Notes under the pieces: generated by a model
What the model was told of the DNA's origin: nothing
The model's database searches: none
Seen by the model: only the letters and a program-made list of their open reading frames with translations
Translations under genes and position numbers: made by a program
Shown: in pieces, positions 49,645 to 63,787 of the stretch
Numbering within the stretch: the stretch's first letter is position 1
How the letters are laid out: the number at the start of each line of letters is the position of its first letter
DNA from: Takakia lepidozioides
Taxonomy: Eukaryota; Plantae; Bryophyta
NCBI GenBank assembly: GCA_030704615.1
Contig: CM060733.1
Coordinates: 29,946,001 to 30,010,000, forward strand
DNA length: 64,000 nt
Reading direction: 5' to 3'

Positions 49645-52600
49645 ACTTACAGGTGCACGCAGTGGATCTGTGGAGAACTCGTCATAAACTGGTTCGATGG
49701 TGATGTTAGAATCGTTCGGCGAGCGAAAGAGTGCCGACAACTGCCAACATTATGTACCCATTATGTCATACATTTTTGTAATAGCATGTACATGATTAAT
49801 TTGATAAAATCTTACTTCGGGACCAGCTTGTGTTTGAGCTAAGAAACCTTTTCATTTTCATGTTCCCTCTGAAGAAGCCTATATAATCACACCTTTGATC
49901 AGAAGTAGAGCCGCTTCTAGCATCTAAAGATAAGTTGCATACCTTTAGGCAGATGTAATTAGTCTCGGATAATCTGGCTTTGAAATACGTCTAGCCCAAT
50001 GCAGTTTGGCTTTCTGGGCTGCTGGTTATACTACTTATTTCTTGTGCATGACATGATGCGATCACTTGCAGCAGCAAGCTATTAATTTTTAATGAGTTGA
50101 TGATGGCTAGTGAGATAACAACTGTATCTGTTATACATGTCTGTTCTCTATATAAATCTTCACCTGACGACCTTACTTAGATCGAAATTGCTTAACCAAA
50201 ATGATATCTACCGGTATGCCATGTGAAAGGTTCATCTTACTTTTGACTCATGAAGATCGAACCATGAGTCAAAACTGAGCTCCAGCCACACATCTGTACA
50301 TCTAGTATCTCAAACAATGAAATTTGGACAGCACCTAATTCTCTATTCAAAGATCATTGGAAGATGATAAGGTATATTTGAAGTACAGACAATATTTGAA
50401 GTTGCGATCTGTATTTAAGGCATCATTTGGAGCAGAGAAAGAGCCCAAACTCTCTTTCAAATAAGCTAAGGTGGAGGGACTCTTGCCAGTTCAGATCGCT
50501 AAGACTAAGGACTCTCCCAAGCCTCCAAGTAATTTCCTAATAAGCCCCTCCGCGGGGGCTGAAAAATCACGTCCCTTAGCAAGGGGCCAAAAGTTTGAAG
50601 TCTGCATAGGAAAACCAGAGACCTTGGCCTACAGGGTGGGATCCCGGACACAGTCCCAAATCAGGGCCCAATCAACGATGGGCGACTGAATGGAGGACCA
50701 TTTTGGCAGCCCATTTGTGCGAAGGGAGGGAGGAGTCCAGAGAGAGAATAGCTATTCACTACATCCAACACACTTACCCACAACCAGTGTTGAAATGCTA
50801 TTCTGCCTAACTACTGGGATATCTACTGGATTCACCACAAATCAATTGGAACTCCCGCCCCACTTTTGCATTCTTTTTGCATTCAACTTCTCTTGGTTTT
50901 GGTTTTAGTTGGTAGTGTAAAGTCAAAACAACCGGGAAAACAAGGAATTAGGCAATGGCAACCTTTCTTGGTCTTCCAGTGGTCCCTGGTGACTGCTCAT
51001 CAACTGAGTCCAACTTGTATTTATAGGCAGGTTGTGCACTTGCATTGTCTATGAGGAGATCACATGTTTCACTGTATCTATCTTGAAATGGACAATCAAC
51101 ATCCTGAAACCCCATAAACACAATGTCCTGCCCAGCCTAGAGATGCTTCCGACAACTACTGAGAGGCGATGCAATAACGTCACATGAATGAGGGGAGGGG
51201 GAGATCAACAGAATTCTAGTTTATGAGCCAGTGACAACCCTGCCTACATTTCTATCGGAGTAGCCTGGTCTTTCACGGAATACTCAGGGTTGTGGGTTGC
51301 CCGGATTGCTCGGATATGATTGTTCAACGGTGAGGTGCAGGTCTGCAAGCAAGGAGGATCTGTATATGCGGGGTCATAGTTGCAGCAGATGAGGTTGCAG
51401 CAGATGCTGCTTATGAAATGGCGTAGGACAGTTGCATTCAGTACCTTGGCAGTGTAGATCTTGCGTGGCGCGATGCTTTCTCCCTCACATATCTGTCCGT
51501 GGCTTCTTGCCATCATCGCGCCCACCCGCTTGACCAGGCCTTGGGGTGTCCTGACCTCGGTGTACTAACTCTTGTTCTTCAAGTTCTGCCCCACCATCTC
51601 CATCACCCTTGTCTCACTCCAATTGCCCGGAAAAGGGCCGTGGGGTCTGTGCCGACCTTGATTCAGCAATTAATTGTATTCAGACTGCGATCCCCAACAT
51701 CAACGAAGAGCCTAAGAAAGAGTTAGGGGAAGGGGCGGGGTCAAGGGTTGAACGTTATCAGGGCAACAATGGGGCTTCTGGTGAGGACATAGGAGTTCAC
51801 TTAGATATGGAAAGAGAAACAAGCAGGCCAAAGAAGAGGTACGAAAGGAAGACTGAGGAAACAGGTCACATCGTCGAATGGGCATGTTCGGAATGGCAAG
51901 GAGCCAAGCGTTCAGTTGGGGGATGGGATTCTTGCGAACCCAGAGGTGGAAGATAAAGTCTCAGAGGCATCAGAACTTTCAGTGTCAGGCAACGGGAATG
52001 GTCAGTTTGTCAGAGCAGAGAAAATTCTTTCTGTTGATACACAAGAGGTATGTTCAAATTGTCCGTCTCCCTTTCCCCTTCTTCTTAAGGTTGGCAGGTT
52101 GTTTTCTTAAAAGGGCTGTGTTCTACAACGTGAGTGCAATTCGCATGCCTTATAGTATTCAGGTGTTCTGGTACTGCGTCCCAGAATTTCTGTGCGGTTG
52201 GCCTTTTAATTAGGATGCTTGATAGTTGTTGGCCACCTGCGAGGGAGGTTTGCATGGTTATCATTCAGATGAAGTTCACCATAGTGAAGCATATGCCACA
52301 AGTTTGGCCTAATGACAGCTTGTGTTAAGGTCACAAGGGGCTGACTACTGCTTGGTGTAGAGGTTATGTCTTTGCTTGGAGCTTTTGATGTGATGGGCTG
52401 ACAAGGATTTTGTCACAGCATGTACAGGCCAGGCCATTAAAGTTGCCTCTTGCCTTTGTCAGCACTGCTCATTTGGCAACATTCGGAATTTTGGTGGTCT
52501 GAGAGCTTAATCCCTTTATTTGCGGTCTATGCTTTTGTCTTCCATGTGAACCTATTGGCCGAAATTGATTTCATAGATTCTTTATGTGATATTGGAATAA

Positions 52601-52830
52601 TCATGAGTCATTTTATACACATTGTAACCATCAGCTTAAACTAGATTTGTGGTCAGGGACAATCACACTAAATTGCAGGGGTGTGGTGATACGTTCCAGA
52701 AATTCTGAATTCTCAGAATTTTCTGGAACCCCTTCACAAATGCCTGTCAGACTTGTTTGCGTGTGTAAGTGAGAGAAATGTACTCATAAGACTTTGTTTC
52801 CCATAGCCTTGTGGAGAGGAAGAGAGAGAG

Positions 52831-53843
52831 ATTGTACTCATAAGACGTTGTTTGCCGTAGCCTTGTGGCCATTGACCCCGCGCCCAGTTTGAGCGGGAAC
52901 AAAAGGGACAGAACCTACCTCTGTCAGGGGCTGACGTTGGTAGTAAGACTTACCTCCTTATAAAGAATTAATCCGGGTTTTCCAGATATCCTCTAGAAAT
53001 CCCTTCACACAAGCATCAATCTGCTGTGTGTGATTTGCCCAAAAACTAGGCCTCAGGAGGGCCTGGGCTTTTGGCTCAGCCTCGAGACTTTCAAAGTTGG
53101 TAAACAGGGGTACAGGCACAATTCCCTTAATAGATTTGAAGAGAGCGTCTCTTTGGTGAGAGAACCCCGGACAGTGTATCAGAAAATGAATACTGTCTTC
53201 AGATTGCCCACACAACGGGCAATTGCACTCTCCCTTTCCTCTCTGCTTCTGTTTGCTGTTCAAAGGTAGGCTTCCTGCCCTGAGTTTAAATTTCAGTCTA
53301 GTGCCGAGAGTGGGTAGACCCTTGAGGTCATCCAAGATGTCCTCCCCCATGTCACAGACTGGAAACAAGTTCAGGGAAGTTTTCTGCCTAACTTCATTTT
53401 CATCAGACAATCTCATGGCCTCAGACATGGCTGAGGACACTACAGCCTCTAAGTCAGATTTATCTAGCAGGGTCAAGACTTGCGGATCCAGGTCCAGGTC
53501 CTTGAGGATCTCTTCTATTCTCTTCTGCCAGGACTTAGCCTGTTTGACAGGGCGGTCCTGTTTCCAAGATATAGAGTCGATTAATTTAGGATATCTGGTG
53601 TTGGGCATATGTTGCAGCTGACCCCACCATCTGACCTTGAATTCATCTCGTCGGGAGCTTAAGGACGGAATGCCAAACTCACCCCGAACAGCCACATTGG
53701 CTGTTTTGGAGCATGCTGACATACACTCCTTAAGCACCCCCACTTGAATGGATTCTAGAGACTTAGCCTGGTTGGAGTTATCAACCCATATAGCAGATCC
53801 GTACTCCAAGGCAGGTCTAATAACGCGACAAAGCATGGTTTTC

Positions 53844-53845
<2 letters not shown>
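52831..53845 (-). mobile_element. 5'-truncated LINE, copy 2 (RT C-terminus plus CCHC)
   Basis: IRPALEYGSAIW...VRGEFGIPSLSSRR...RYPK...CPLCGQSEDSIHFLIHC, with (GA)n on both flanks. Confidence 0.9.
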
Positions 53846-53874
<29 letters not shown>

Positions 53875-53999
53875 GAGGGGGGGGGGGGGATATCCTCGTG
53901 GAGATTCTTACGGCCATGTATAATTGCACAGGTGTTGATCAGATACGGTCTGGAGATTGTTTAGGGGCCTGGTTACATCCCCAATCGGCCCCCTGTTCA

Positions 54000-56900
54000 T
54001 TGACCTTCCCACAAACATTGTGAGCCAGCCCGAGATGGCACTGTGGGAGAACTAACTATGTGGCAAATGCTTGTTATCTTGCTAGTTCAGTTTGTGAGCA
54101 GGCTCCATATTAGTGTGGCAAAGAACCTCCCATGTATCTTTGGATTGTCGAGAGATCATGTGAAACTTTTGCAATGATCGATAGGTGAGAAGGGGGGAAA
54201 CTGCAGATGGATACAGAGAGGTATCTGATAGAAGCTTTTACTGTGGGTGGAGTGGCAGCTGTGTTTGTGTTTTATGGGTTGGTTGGGAGTTGTGTTCAAC
54301 AAGGACATTGCAACATATGCATAGCTTCTGGCGATTGGGCTATCCACAGGGCTCATGGGCAGCATCACTTCATATGCTCCAACAAATTGTTTGACATGGT
54401 AGCAAAGGGACTCCTGGTGGCAGGCTATCTGGGCCCTGCCTCTTGGTGAGTTATTGTCTTCCTTTGTTTTGTTACATTAGACGGACATCTTAATTGTTAG
54501 TAGATTTGCTATCCATGGTCATTGTGCACCTTACTTGGTCATCTCTCTGGGCAGCAGCCCAGAGGGAAATATGCACCAAAAGGAATGGGAAGATTCATAG
54601 TAAAATTGGTGCCAAAGTACTTACAGTGCTGGGGTTTGGTCTGCCTACTGGGGATGTAACACAATGCGCACTTGAAATTTTACAGTTGTGCTTGACTGGC
54701 CAGCCATAGAGCTCGTCGCAGATTCCTCAACTTATTTTTTTGGCTGCTACTCTTGGTTGACTCATCAACTTATTGTAATCCTTGCTCTGACCACTTTTAC
54801 GTCTAGCAGCATGTTGACCACCGGTGCACAAGAAATATGCTGAGAGGGGGAGCTGTGGAAGCTTCACAGGGATGGCGTTATCCCAGTCTTCCCTGATGTA
54901 GGGTATGGAATCTGCCAACTTTGCTGCAGTCAGCCATTGCCTACTCATGCCCACGATGGGGTGGGGAAGTTGCAAAAGCTCACTGCTGACAACCTTTGGC
55001 ATCGCAGTGTGAGCTTGCTGCTCTTTTTGGGGATAAGTTCATTCTGCGGTCATCCTCACTATTATGGAGAGCAATTTTGCTACACGAAGGCAGTTGTGGG
55101 TTGGCTTGTGTGGTTGCTCCCCCGGGTGTTTGGGCTCACTGGTTAGTTGCTCGCTTGCATGGACATGGAATAGGACCCAAGGGCTATGTCAGATGGCTTC
55201 CTATGGGGACCTTCTTGACTACTGTTATTGCCTCGACTCCGGAGGAGATCGTTGCAGTTGTCCCGATGTTGGTGCGTGTACCCTCAATGGGTGGCTTCTC
55301 AGCCGTGAGTTTTCTGGTGTGTAATATCTAGAGGATTGATTGCCAGAGTTTTATGGCTTGAGTAACAATGGGAGATACTGGATTCCTGGCTGGAACTCAT
55401 GTGGAGCAGTTTAGATGGTTTCAGAAGTTCTTGAAAGGATGTACTGACTTACAGCACACATTGTATGTCCATGTTGTTGGTTGATGGACCTTTCAATGGT
55501 TCTAGCCCTACCTGGTTTAATGGCTATCACCAAATCTTACACACTGACCATCTCACTTTTTTCGCAGGCTCTTTGTAGGTGGCAAAGATTGATGGCAATG
55601 AACGACGGAGCAGGCATGTGGGGCTCCTGGTCAGGGGTCTGCAGATTGGCTTTCTAGGATGCATGATCACAGTATCCATTTTTGTGGTTGAGAATCTTGC
55701 ACTATACCAAAGCACGCCATGGCACGCTTTTGCCTATGTTTGCATCACGCTTGGCTCCTGCTCCCCAATGGGTTTTATTGTCCACTACATTCCAGTGTTT
55801 GCGCGGGCAATATCTGTCCAGTGGCTAAACGCTCCTTCTATTATGGAGTATGTATGCCCTTAAGGTCATGCCATACCCCATGGTCGCAGGAAGAAGTCCA
55901 TGATTTGGAGTTTTCTTTCTGGGGTCTGTCTTAGGTTGAAGACCATATGCAACAGTCTGTGCAATTATGGATAGAACAGGGTATGTTGGGGCAGCTATTG
56001 GGCCATTAACAGGTTTCAGCGGTGTTGAAAATGCTCATGACTGCAGCATTGTTTTCAGCACTCATGCTTAGCAAATTGGTGAGTATCGGGTACAGTTCAG
56101 CAGAACCTTTCCTTCTTGAGACATTTGTCTGTTCACGGTTGTTCAATTCATGTTTGCCTGTCCCTTCTTCAGATCGGGACTGCCCAAACTCAGGGTTAGG
56201 TCTAGTGTTGTTTCTTACAATTTGTAGTTGGTTTGAATTTGCAGTCTCTCCCAGGAAATCTGTAACAAAAAATGGAACATTAACAACTCTGTACAGATAC
56301 ACAAAGTCCATCTTTACCATCATTGAAGTTTATTTACCCTGAATGGATGATCTGACAAATCCACAGGGTATGATTAAAGGGTACAGACAGTACCTGTTTG
56401 TAACTTTGATTCTTTCTGTTGCAGACCTGTGAGTCAGTTGAAGTCTGCTGGTTGACATCTACTTGACAAGTTGGGTTTGCCTACATTGCATATTAATTGG
56501 GCTTCCACACCAGGTGGCGAGGGATCATTGGACGAGGTTTGAGGAGTTAGCATGGCCAGATTAGCCTTGGCATCAGGACACCTTCAGTTTGGAGCATTTG
56601 CATATACCGGTCCGCAGCAAGCCGAGGAACATTCTCTCTTTCTGCTGGAGTAATTTTGGTTGGATACTGTCCTTAATTGAATCAGGCACGTTGGACAGTA
56701 AGTAACAGGTGCACTGACAGTTGATTACAGGAACAGGCTATGTTTCCAATGAATCTGAGCACTTCAAGTAGGCAGAAAAGCTTGCTAACACTTCTGACCC
56801 GCCTAATGAGATTTGTCTCCTTGGTTGGAGTCTCATAAGCTCGCGGAGAACATCAAGTTCACTTTTACTTCTCTTTTGTTCGTCATTTTTTTTTGTGATT

Positions 56901-59110
56901 TTTTGCTGGATTGGAGGTTTCTGGCAGGGTTCTTATTGAGGTTGTGCTGTCATTTGAACCCCAGGGGTGCCTCAAACTGAAGCCACATTCCCTGTTATTT
57001 GTCACCTCCACTGTAGCAGCTTGGCAGGAGAGGCGCAAAGCAATCCTGCTCCCAGACATCTGCACACACAAATAAGTGAAGTAGACAACCATTTGTTTGT
57101 CACTGCAAATGCCTTGACTAGTAGATGATGGCGGAGTCTTGTGCAAAGAGTATTATAGTGGATGATATGTGTTTTGTCTCTCGAGTCTCTCATAGCCATG
57201 CCAAAAGCCTCAACGCAGTTCCCACAAACGTAGGACCTTGGCGCGCAGGGGTGCCAAGCCGTTCGTAAACGCCCGGCGGGGCGTCCGCTCGACGTAGTTT
57301 TCTAACGCAGGAGAACCTGCGTTATGCAGATGGAAGTGCGTTCCTTGAAAGCTGCACCTGTAGTAGGGCGCCACCAATGTGGGAAGGGCCATGAGAGCAA
57401 GAAAGGAGGAAATAACGTTATACTGACGTCACCCTTTGCCTTGTTGGATCTTACCAACCAATACCTGTTGTTGAAACTGGTCCCACCAAGGAGCCACCAA
57501 GGAAGGATGGGGCTTGTGTGGCCGCTCCCCTTGCAACGTTGGGAAGACGCAGTTCTTCGACGTGCGTCCTGCCAACGGAGGCAAATGGTATGTGTGGCCT
57601 GGCTATCAGTCGCTTGGTTCATAGCTGTTGCAGTAGCTGGGTTGTCTTCCGACACCCACTAAGATTTTTGCTTACACAATCTTCTTTTTTTGGAAGATGC
57701 TGACTGTCCAAGTGTGATGGTAACAACTTCATCAGTGTACAGTCAACCCTGGATCCGACTGCTAGTGCTAGGAAATTTCTACTCACGCCTTCACTGGATA
57801 ATACCTAGTTGTCAACAGCACTTATCTCGCTGCGAAGATCTCCGACGCACCTGCTGTCAACTTGTACAGGGAGGAGTCACGCATCTGTTGCCACTTCCCA
57901 ACTGCTGCAATGTGATTCATGTCAGATTGTAGAGCAGTCCAAATCTGCACTAACTGAACTTTTTCTGACTGGAGGATCTTGCTCTCCGGCTCTTGTGTTC
58001 TCTCTTGCATTGATCTGGGCTTCTCCCCGTCATGGTGGTCTTATCCTAACTGTACATTCAAACGAACCTGCATCACTTACCCCAGGCTCTAATAACCCTG
58101 GCCGCTAGCTGGGCTGTTTTGGGCAGGCAAACACCACCAACTCACTCCGGCTTTCTTGACCAGCGTACTCATCGGAGCCACTTCGCCTTGTGGGCCCAGA
58201 TACAGCCATTTGGTAGCGTGCATTGACCTTCTTTTGTCTTTGAAAATGGCCCCTTCAATCCATACAGCGAATATCTGAGTACTAATGCTAACATCTAACC
58301 AGAGTTCACCCTAGCATTGAGGGAAGAGGTACATAGATTGATGCATGCTGTTGTGACAGTATTACAGTTATTGATATGCTACAAAGTTGCTTAGGGAACG
58401 TGATGAAACAGCAATCAGCGTTGTGCGTGAACTGTTTACTCTCCCAGAACTTGACGAAGTCGGACAATTCTTCAGGAGGTGGGCCCAAAGATTCAGCTAT
58501 AATAGCAGTTAATGTAATATACCTATTCAATGCTTGAAAGCTCAACGCTTTCCCAACAAAGTTATTCCCTTATCCATCTATTCTCCGACCATATCACTCG
58601 GTTGACTTCTTCTACTTCCTCTTGTTGCCAACATGTTCCAGAATTAGTGAACCGTAAAGATTGCAGATGCCAATCGTGGGACCTGCAGCAGATTAGGACA
58701 AACATAGTTTCTAGAGGGAATAAGATCAAGTGAAAAGGTACTCGACCTTGTAGGTACAGCGTTCGAACACTACCTAAATATCCTTGCTCCTGAAGAGACC
58801 TGAACGTCTACTAGACTTAGATAATAGATTATAGAACGAAATTCCCCAGGCTGCTTGTTCGTCAGCAACTTGATCCAAGTTCCAACACTGGCAGCCTCCT
58901 GTTCCTAATGAGCTCAATTGCTTCTAAGCTAGTAGAGGCTGCCTCTACACACCCAACAAGCCCGGTGCGTCTTCCATATAACAGCGAATCTGAAGCTGTG
59001 CATGCAAAGTGGTGCATCGAGAATTCGAGGATTTCATCAAGCGTGATCAGCAGCTCTGCATGTCCGCAAAGTCCAACACTCCTGCATAGACTGCCTTCAA
59101 ACTTCACCTC
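54000..59110 (-). mobile_element. Highly decayed L1-clade LINE ORF2
   Basis: Scattered motif remnants in the expected order: IGICNLYG (endonuclease, ~58650-58680), MVKMDF..Y..VN.PF (RT, ~56270-56320), and LWYSA plus KVRWSVC (post-RT, ~55500-55715). Boundaries are approximate. Confidence 0.5.
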
Positions 59111-61445
59111 CATCCTCCAAAGCTGCCTCGTGAAGAGACAGTGACATGATTATACAAGCCAAACAAACACAGCCCAGGTACGCATACCAGTCCCCACTGA
59201 CCAAAGCAAGCATCTTCCAGGACAAACCTCCCATTGCAATGAGTCAAATCAACAGTAGAGAATACTTAGACGCTCATCAAGCAAGCTACATCTTCACACA
59301 GTCTCCGGACAGTCTCGGCAGAAAGCACGTGCTCGCACTTCGTCTCTCTGCACCCCCACCCTCTCACCTTTCCTCCCCTGCGCTCATGTCCCCCACATGC
59401 GAACCGCGTACCCCACCTGGACACCACGTTCCCTACACGCCCCCGCATCTCGCATGTTTTTGTTTTTTTTTAATTACTAAAAATAACCAAAAACAAATAT
59501 GACCAAGTCCACCGCTCCACGGAAGATATAAATAAAAACAAAAATTATTAAGTAAGACAATCTTACAAAATGTTGCTGACATGGCAGTGTACAATCCCAA
59601 CACTTGTGTGCCACCTGTACGTGCAATGAGCAACGCTATATTCATGCACTGACCACGTCAGCGAAACCGCACTTGTGATTTTTCCGATATCCACGTGCTC
59701 AAATCCGAGCCGTGGAAAATGTCGAAAAAGACGCCGCATATCTTGGGAAGCGGTCCGAATAATCCCACACGAAAAAGCTGGGAACGACAGGCCGATGAGG
59801 ATTTGAACACGGAAGCTCCTGCGTTGTAGAGACAGAGACAGAGACGAAGGAAGGTGGCGGCCGAGACGAGCGAGAGTGACGAGTGAAGGTGTGGGGCCCT
59901 TTGGAGCTGGCGTGCTCGCTTGGTTTGTGTAGTTGAGCAATTCCGAGCTGCCCTGCGCTTTTTGCGAGCGTGGCTTGCTAGCGGGAGCTTGGTTCAGCTC
60001 CTCCTTTCTCGTCGCATGAGACAAGGAGACGGGTTTAAGAGATGGCAGAGAGAGACCACTAGTTAGTGAACTAGAGGTGGAGGTCCTTGAGCAAGTAACT
60101 TGGTTGCAATTTGAGCTGCCCTTGTTGGAGAGATGCAGTCGTGGGTCTCTCTCAGTCGTGTGTCCCTTGATGGGTCGATATGAAGAAGGCCGTGAGAGAG
60201 AGGGAGAGAGGACGCTATACTGAACGGAGAGTGGTCCACACCTTTTTTGGTCCTCTTCAAATTTTGAAACTCGCAATATTCGGCTGGTTCTAGCAATGTT
60301 TTTTACTTCGGATAGTACTCAGGGAATGTGTTGGAGAGGAACGGGGAAACACAACCAGTACAGAGGAACTAACAGGCTAGAACAGTGTTTTCTTGCCTGC
60401 GTTTAGTAAAGTCATTCGGATTGCGAGGGACAATATGTAGGCTTGGAAGGGACGTAGAAAAATGTAGGATTGTGATGTACAGAGTCTAGTCTGAGTTACA
60501 TCTCGGAGGAACACCGCAAGAGCTGTAGACACAGTGCTTTAGCGGAAATAGCAGTGTGCCTCACTTTTTTGGGCGAGGTGGGGTCCCTTCTTACCGAACA
60601 AGATAGGAATTTATACAACCGGGCGCGGGACCCAGGGTAGAGAGAGAGAGAGAGACAGAGAGAGAGAGCGTTAGCGATTTGGATGTTCGATTGATCGCAG
60701 TTACACTCAAGGTTTTGGAGTGCTTAGAAAGAGGATTACGAAGAAAGGAGGAATGGGAGATCAAGTGTAGCAGGATTCTTCAATTCCGAATTGACGTCAA
60801 TGGCGAATTACGACAGCGATGTATTCCCTCCATCAATTTGAATTCCTTCCTGTTTTGCACTCATGTGATCGATATGCACCACAAGCGTGAAGGATTTCTG
60901 TAATTTGCTCAGAAATGGTTCAACACAGGTCTTGGACTTAAATACTGTGGCGTTGCTGGGCATAATAGGGTGATATATAAACAAAACTGTTATGGGGAAC
61001 TTACTGAGCAGCAGTCTGATCACTCTGTTGTGTAGTCATCAGGGGTATATTAAGAATCTCAGGTCTGGAAGGTGCGAGGATTCATCAGGTCTAGAGAGAA
61101 ACGGTAGGGTTTTACTTCAGGCGGTCGGAGCAAGGTGGGGGGTGAAGGTAGGCTGTTGGAAATGGAGTGGAGCAAAAGCTCATGGTAGACAAGCAAAGGA
61201 GGAGGATATGAAGACCGAAAGAAGTTAGAGGTTATAGAACGAAACACCAAACTTTTTTGGAGATGGGGTGTCCCCGTTGCAGATATCTGCTTAGCAGGCA
61301 CAGAGAAGAAATGGAATGAAATGATACTTTATACAGAAAGAGAAATGAAATGAAATGAAATGGTGCTTTATAAGAGAGAAAGTAACTTCATTACATTCAT
61401 GGAGGTCATGAGGGCCAGTGGGACAGGGTAGAACAGAGAGAGAGA

Positions 61446-61616
61446 ATGTACTGATAAGACGTTGTTTCCCATAGCCTTGTGGCCATCGACCCTGCTCCCT
61501 GTTTGAGCGGAACACAAAGGGACAGAAACTACCTTTGTCAGGGGCTGACGCCGGTAGTATGACTTACCTTGAAATAGACAATTGATCCGAGTTTTCCAGA
61601 TATCCTGTAGAAATTC
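61446..61616 (-). mobile_element. Short LINE 3' end, copy 3
   Basis: Similar to 52831-53000 (FLQDIWKTRIN), and flanked by GA repeats on both sides. Confidence 0.85.
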
Positions 61617-61768
61617 CAAAGAGAGAGAGAGATAGAGAGTCCATATTGCCTGCAGGAGGTCCACTGTACAAAAGAGAGGGATAGAGTCCAGCATTTGAGC
61701 AATGGAGTGTAACAAGCTACAGCAATTGTGACTTCATGGTGACGTCTTACAAACTGTTCCTGATGCAG

Positions 61769-63787
61769 GAAAATGTGGATGGCTATCCACCTCCAGACTC
61801 TCATCCCAATTCGCCTCGAGATGCAAACAGGGGCTATCCTTTCTCACCTTCCCAGAATACTTACACAGGCTTTCACCCCACTGGCCATCCACAACCAGAG
61901 TCTCTCAAAGGTCAACCACCCTACCGTCCACCTCCTCTGGGTCCACCTCCTCCGGGATACCCACTTGAAAGTGCAGGGAGTCGACCTCCTCCAGGTTACC
62001 CTCCGAGCGACATTCCGAGGAGCCAATCACCATACAATCCTAGGTCAGGCTATCCCCCTCTCCCTTATAGTCCTCATGCACATCCATATAATCCTAGTGC
62101 AGGTCACCTGCCCCCTTCTGATGCAGGCTATCCTCCCCAGGCTATTCCGTATAATCCTAATGCAGGCCGTCCCCCCCTTCCCTATAATGCTGATGCAGAC
62201 TACCGTCCCCAAGTGGCTCAGAAGCCTAGCGCCGGCCACTCTCTTGATGGGCAGCCATACAATCCTAATGCAGGCCATCCTCCACTTCCTTACAGTCCTG
62301 ATGCAGGCCACCTGCCTGGGGCATCTCCGTATAATCCTAATGCAGGCCATCCTCCACTTCCTTACAGTCCTGATGCAGGCCACCCTCCTGGGGCGTCTCC
62401 GTATAACTCCCATGTAGGCCATCCTTCACTTCCTTACAGTCCTGCTGCAGGCCACCCTCCTGGGGCGGCTCCATATAATTCCCATGTAGGCCATCCTCCA
62501 CTTCCTTACAGTCCTGATGCAGGCCATCCTCCTGGGGCGTCTCCATATAATTCCCATGTAGGCCATCCTCCCCTTCCATATATGCCTGATGCACGATATC
62601 GGCCACAAGCTCCTCAGAATAATAATGCAGGCTACCTTCCACCCCAAGGTTCTGCAGGACACCCCCCGTTTCAAGACTCCCCATATAATGCTGCCGCTGC
62701 AATGGTACATGGACCCAAGTTTAAGGTTGGTGATTGGCTACCCCCTCCTACCAAGTCCAGTGAATTCTTGTTTGAGATAGGAAAGGATTGAAGATACGCA
62801 CTTGGAGAGTAAGGGACCACTACATCACCAAAGGGTTCTCCACTACGTGGGACTTACAAAGTGAAGTTGGTTGTGGCCTTCCAGATAAGGCGGGTCACAG
62901 CTGAGTGTTGAGAAAGAAAGGAAGACTTAAAGATAGACAGGAACTCTATAGAGGCCCAAGGACATCGATTGATCACATGAATAGGACTTTTGATAAACAA
63001 AGCAATTGCAATTGCAATTGCTAGAATGAGGCCTAAATTGCTGCTTGAATACAGAGCACATTGTGAAGGTAAGCTGCCAAGCAGCTCTGGTCATTATGAC
63101 TAACTAAATGCATTTGCCAAGCCTGGAAACACTTAAAAATCCTGATACAAAGGCAGGAGAAAACGAATAAATTTCTGTCTCCATTTCTTGCATGCAGCAA
63201 GCTGGGTAAATCCTGTCTTCATGCTGCATGTTTATGCATCTTCTTGAGATTGTGGAACTGACTTTGAAAGTCCATGCATCAATGGCTCCATTTTCTTTGT
63301 CCATATTTCTTGGCACTTTTTGGAGGAGGATAGAGGCAGTGAGGGGTGGTGGGGGCAGGGACTGAGATGGATAAACAAGTCCTGACTCTTGAGTAACTCA
63401 ATGTCTGTCTGATGATGCAGCATGGTGGAAAAGTGAGAGGTAGAGGTTGCTGTCGGGACGCCTGGGCTTCTCTGCTCTTCTTTGTTCACTTGTGGGCAGT
63501 CTTTGGCATATCCATTTACCTATGCATCAAGGGCATCCAGAAGACAAATCACAATATGTCCCTAACCCGAAACTCTGTACGTGCAAGTGTCTTGAGCACC
63601 ACTGGATCAGGTCCATCGCCTGCCCCCTCCTCCTCTCAGCATTTGTATAGCATTTGGGACTGGGTCCCACAGCTGGCAGCAGCAGCACTGTCAGGTGCAT
63701 TGTTCTCATGGCTATGGCAGATACTGATCAAGCTGTTCCCAAAGACTATGATATATGTCACATTGTCGATGGGTGCAGTTGCAACAG
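61769..63787 (+). CDS. Choline-transporter-like (CTL/PNS1 family) membrane protein, partial; exons 61769-62704 and 63421-63787
   Basis: AG acceptors at 61767-61768 and 63419-63420 and GT donors at 62705 and 63788 give a phase-0 join. A Pro/Tyr-rich N-terminus is followed by CRDAWASLLFFVHL and hydrophobic helices typical of CTL TM1-3. The start exon was not resolved and the gene probably continues past the window. Confidence 0.7.
62255..62582 (+). repeat. Coding tandem repeat, 72-bp unit, about 4.5 copies
   Basis: PYN(P/S)(N/H)(A/V)GHPPLPYSPDAGHPPGAS units. The equivalent codon recurs at 62261, 62333, 62405, 62477 and 62549. Confidence 0.92.

Noticed and set aside
50400-52750. ORFs as protein-coding genes
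   Set aside because: No identifiable domains; probably decayed repeats.
59563-60276. 237-aa minus-strand ORF
   Set aside because: Ser/Leu-rich antisense reading of a GA-rich region that is probably the promoter/5' UTR of the downstream gene.
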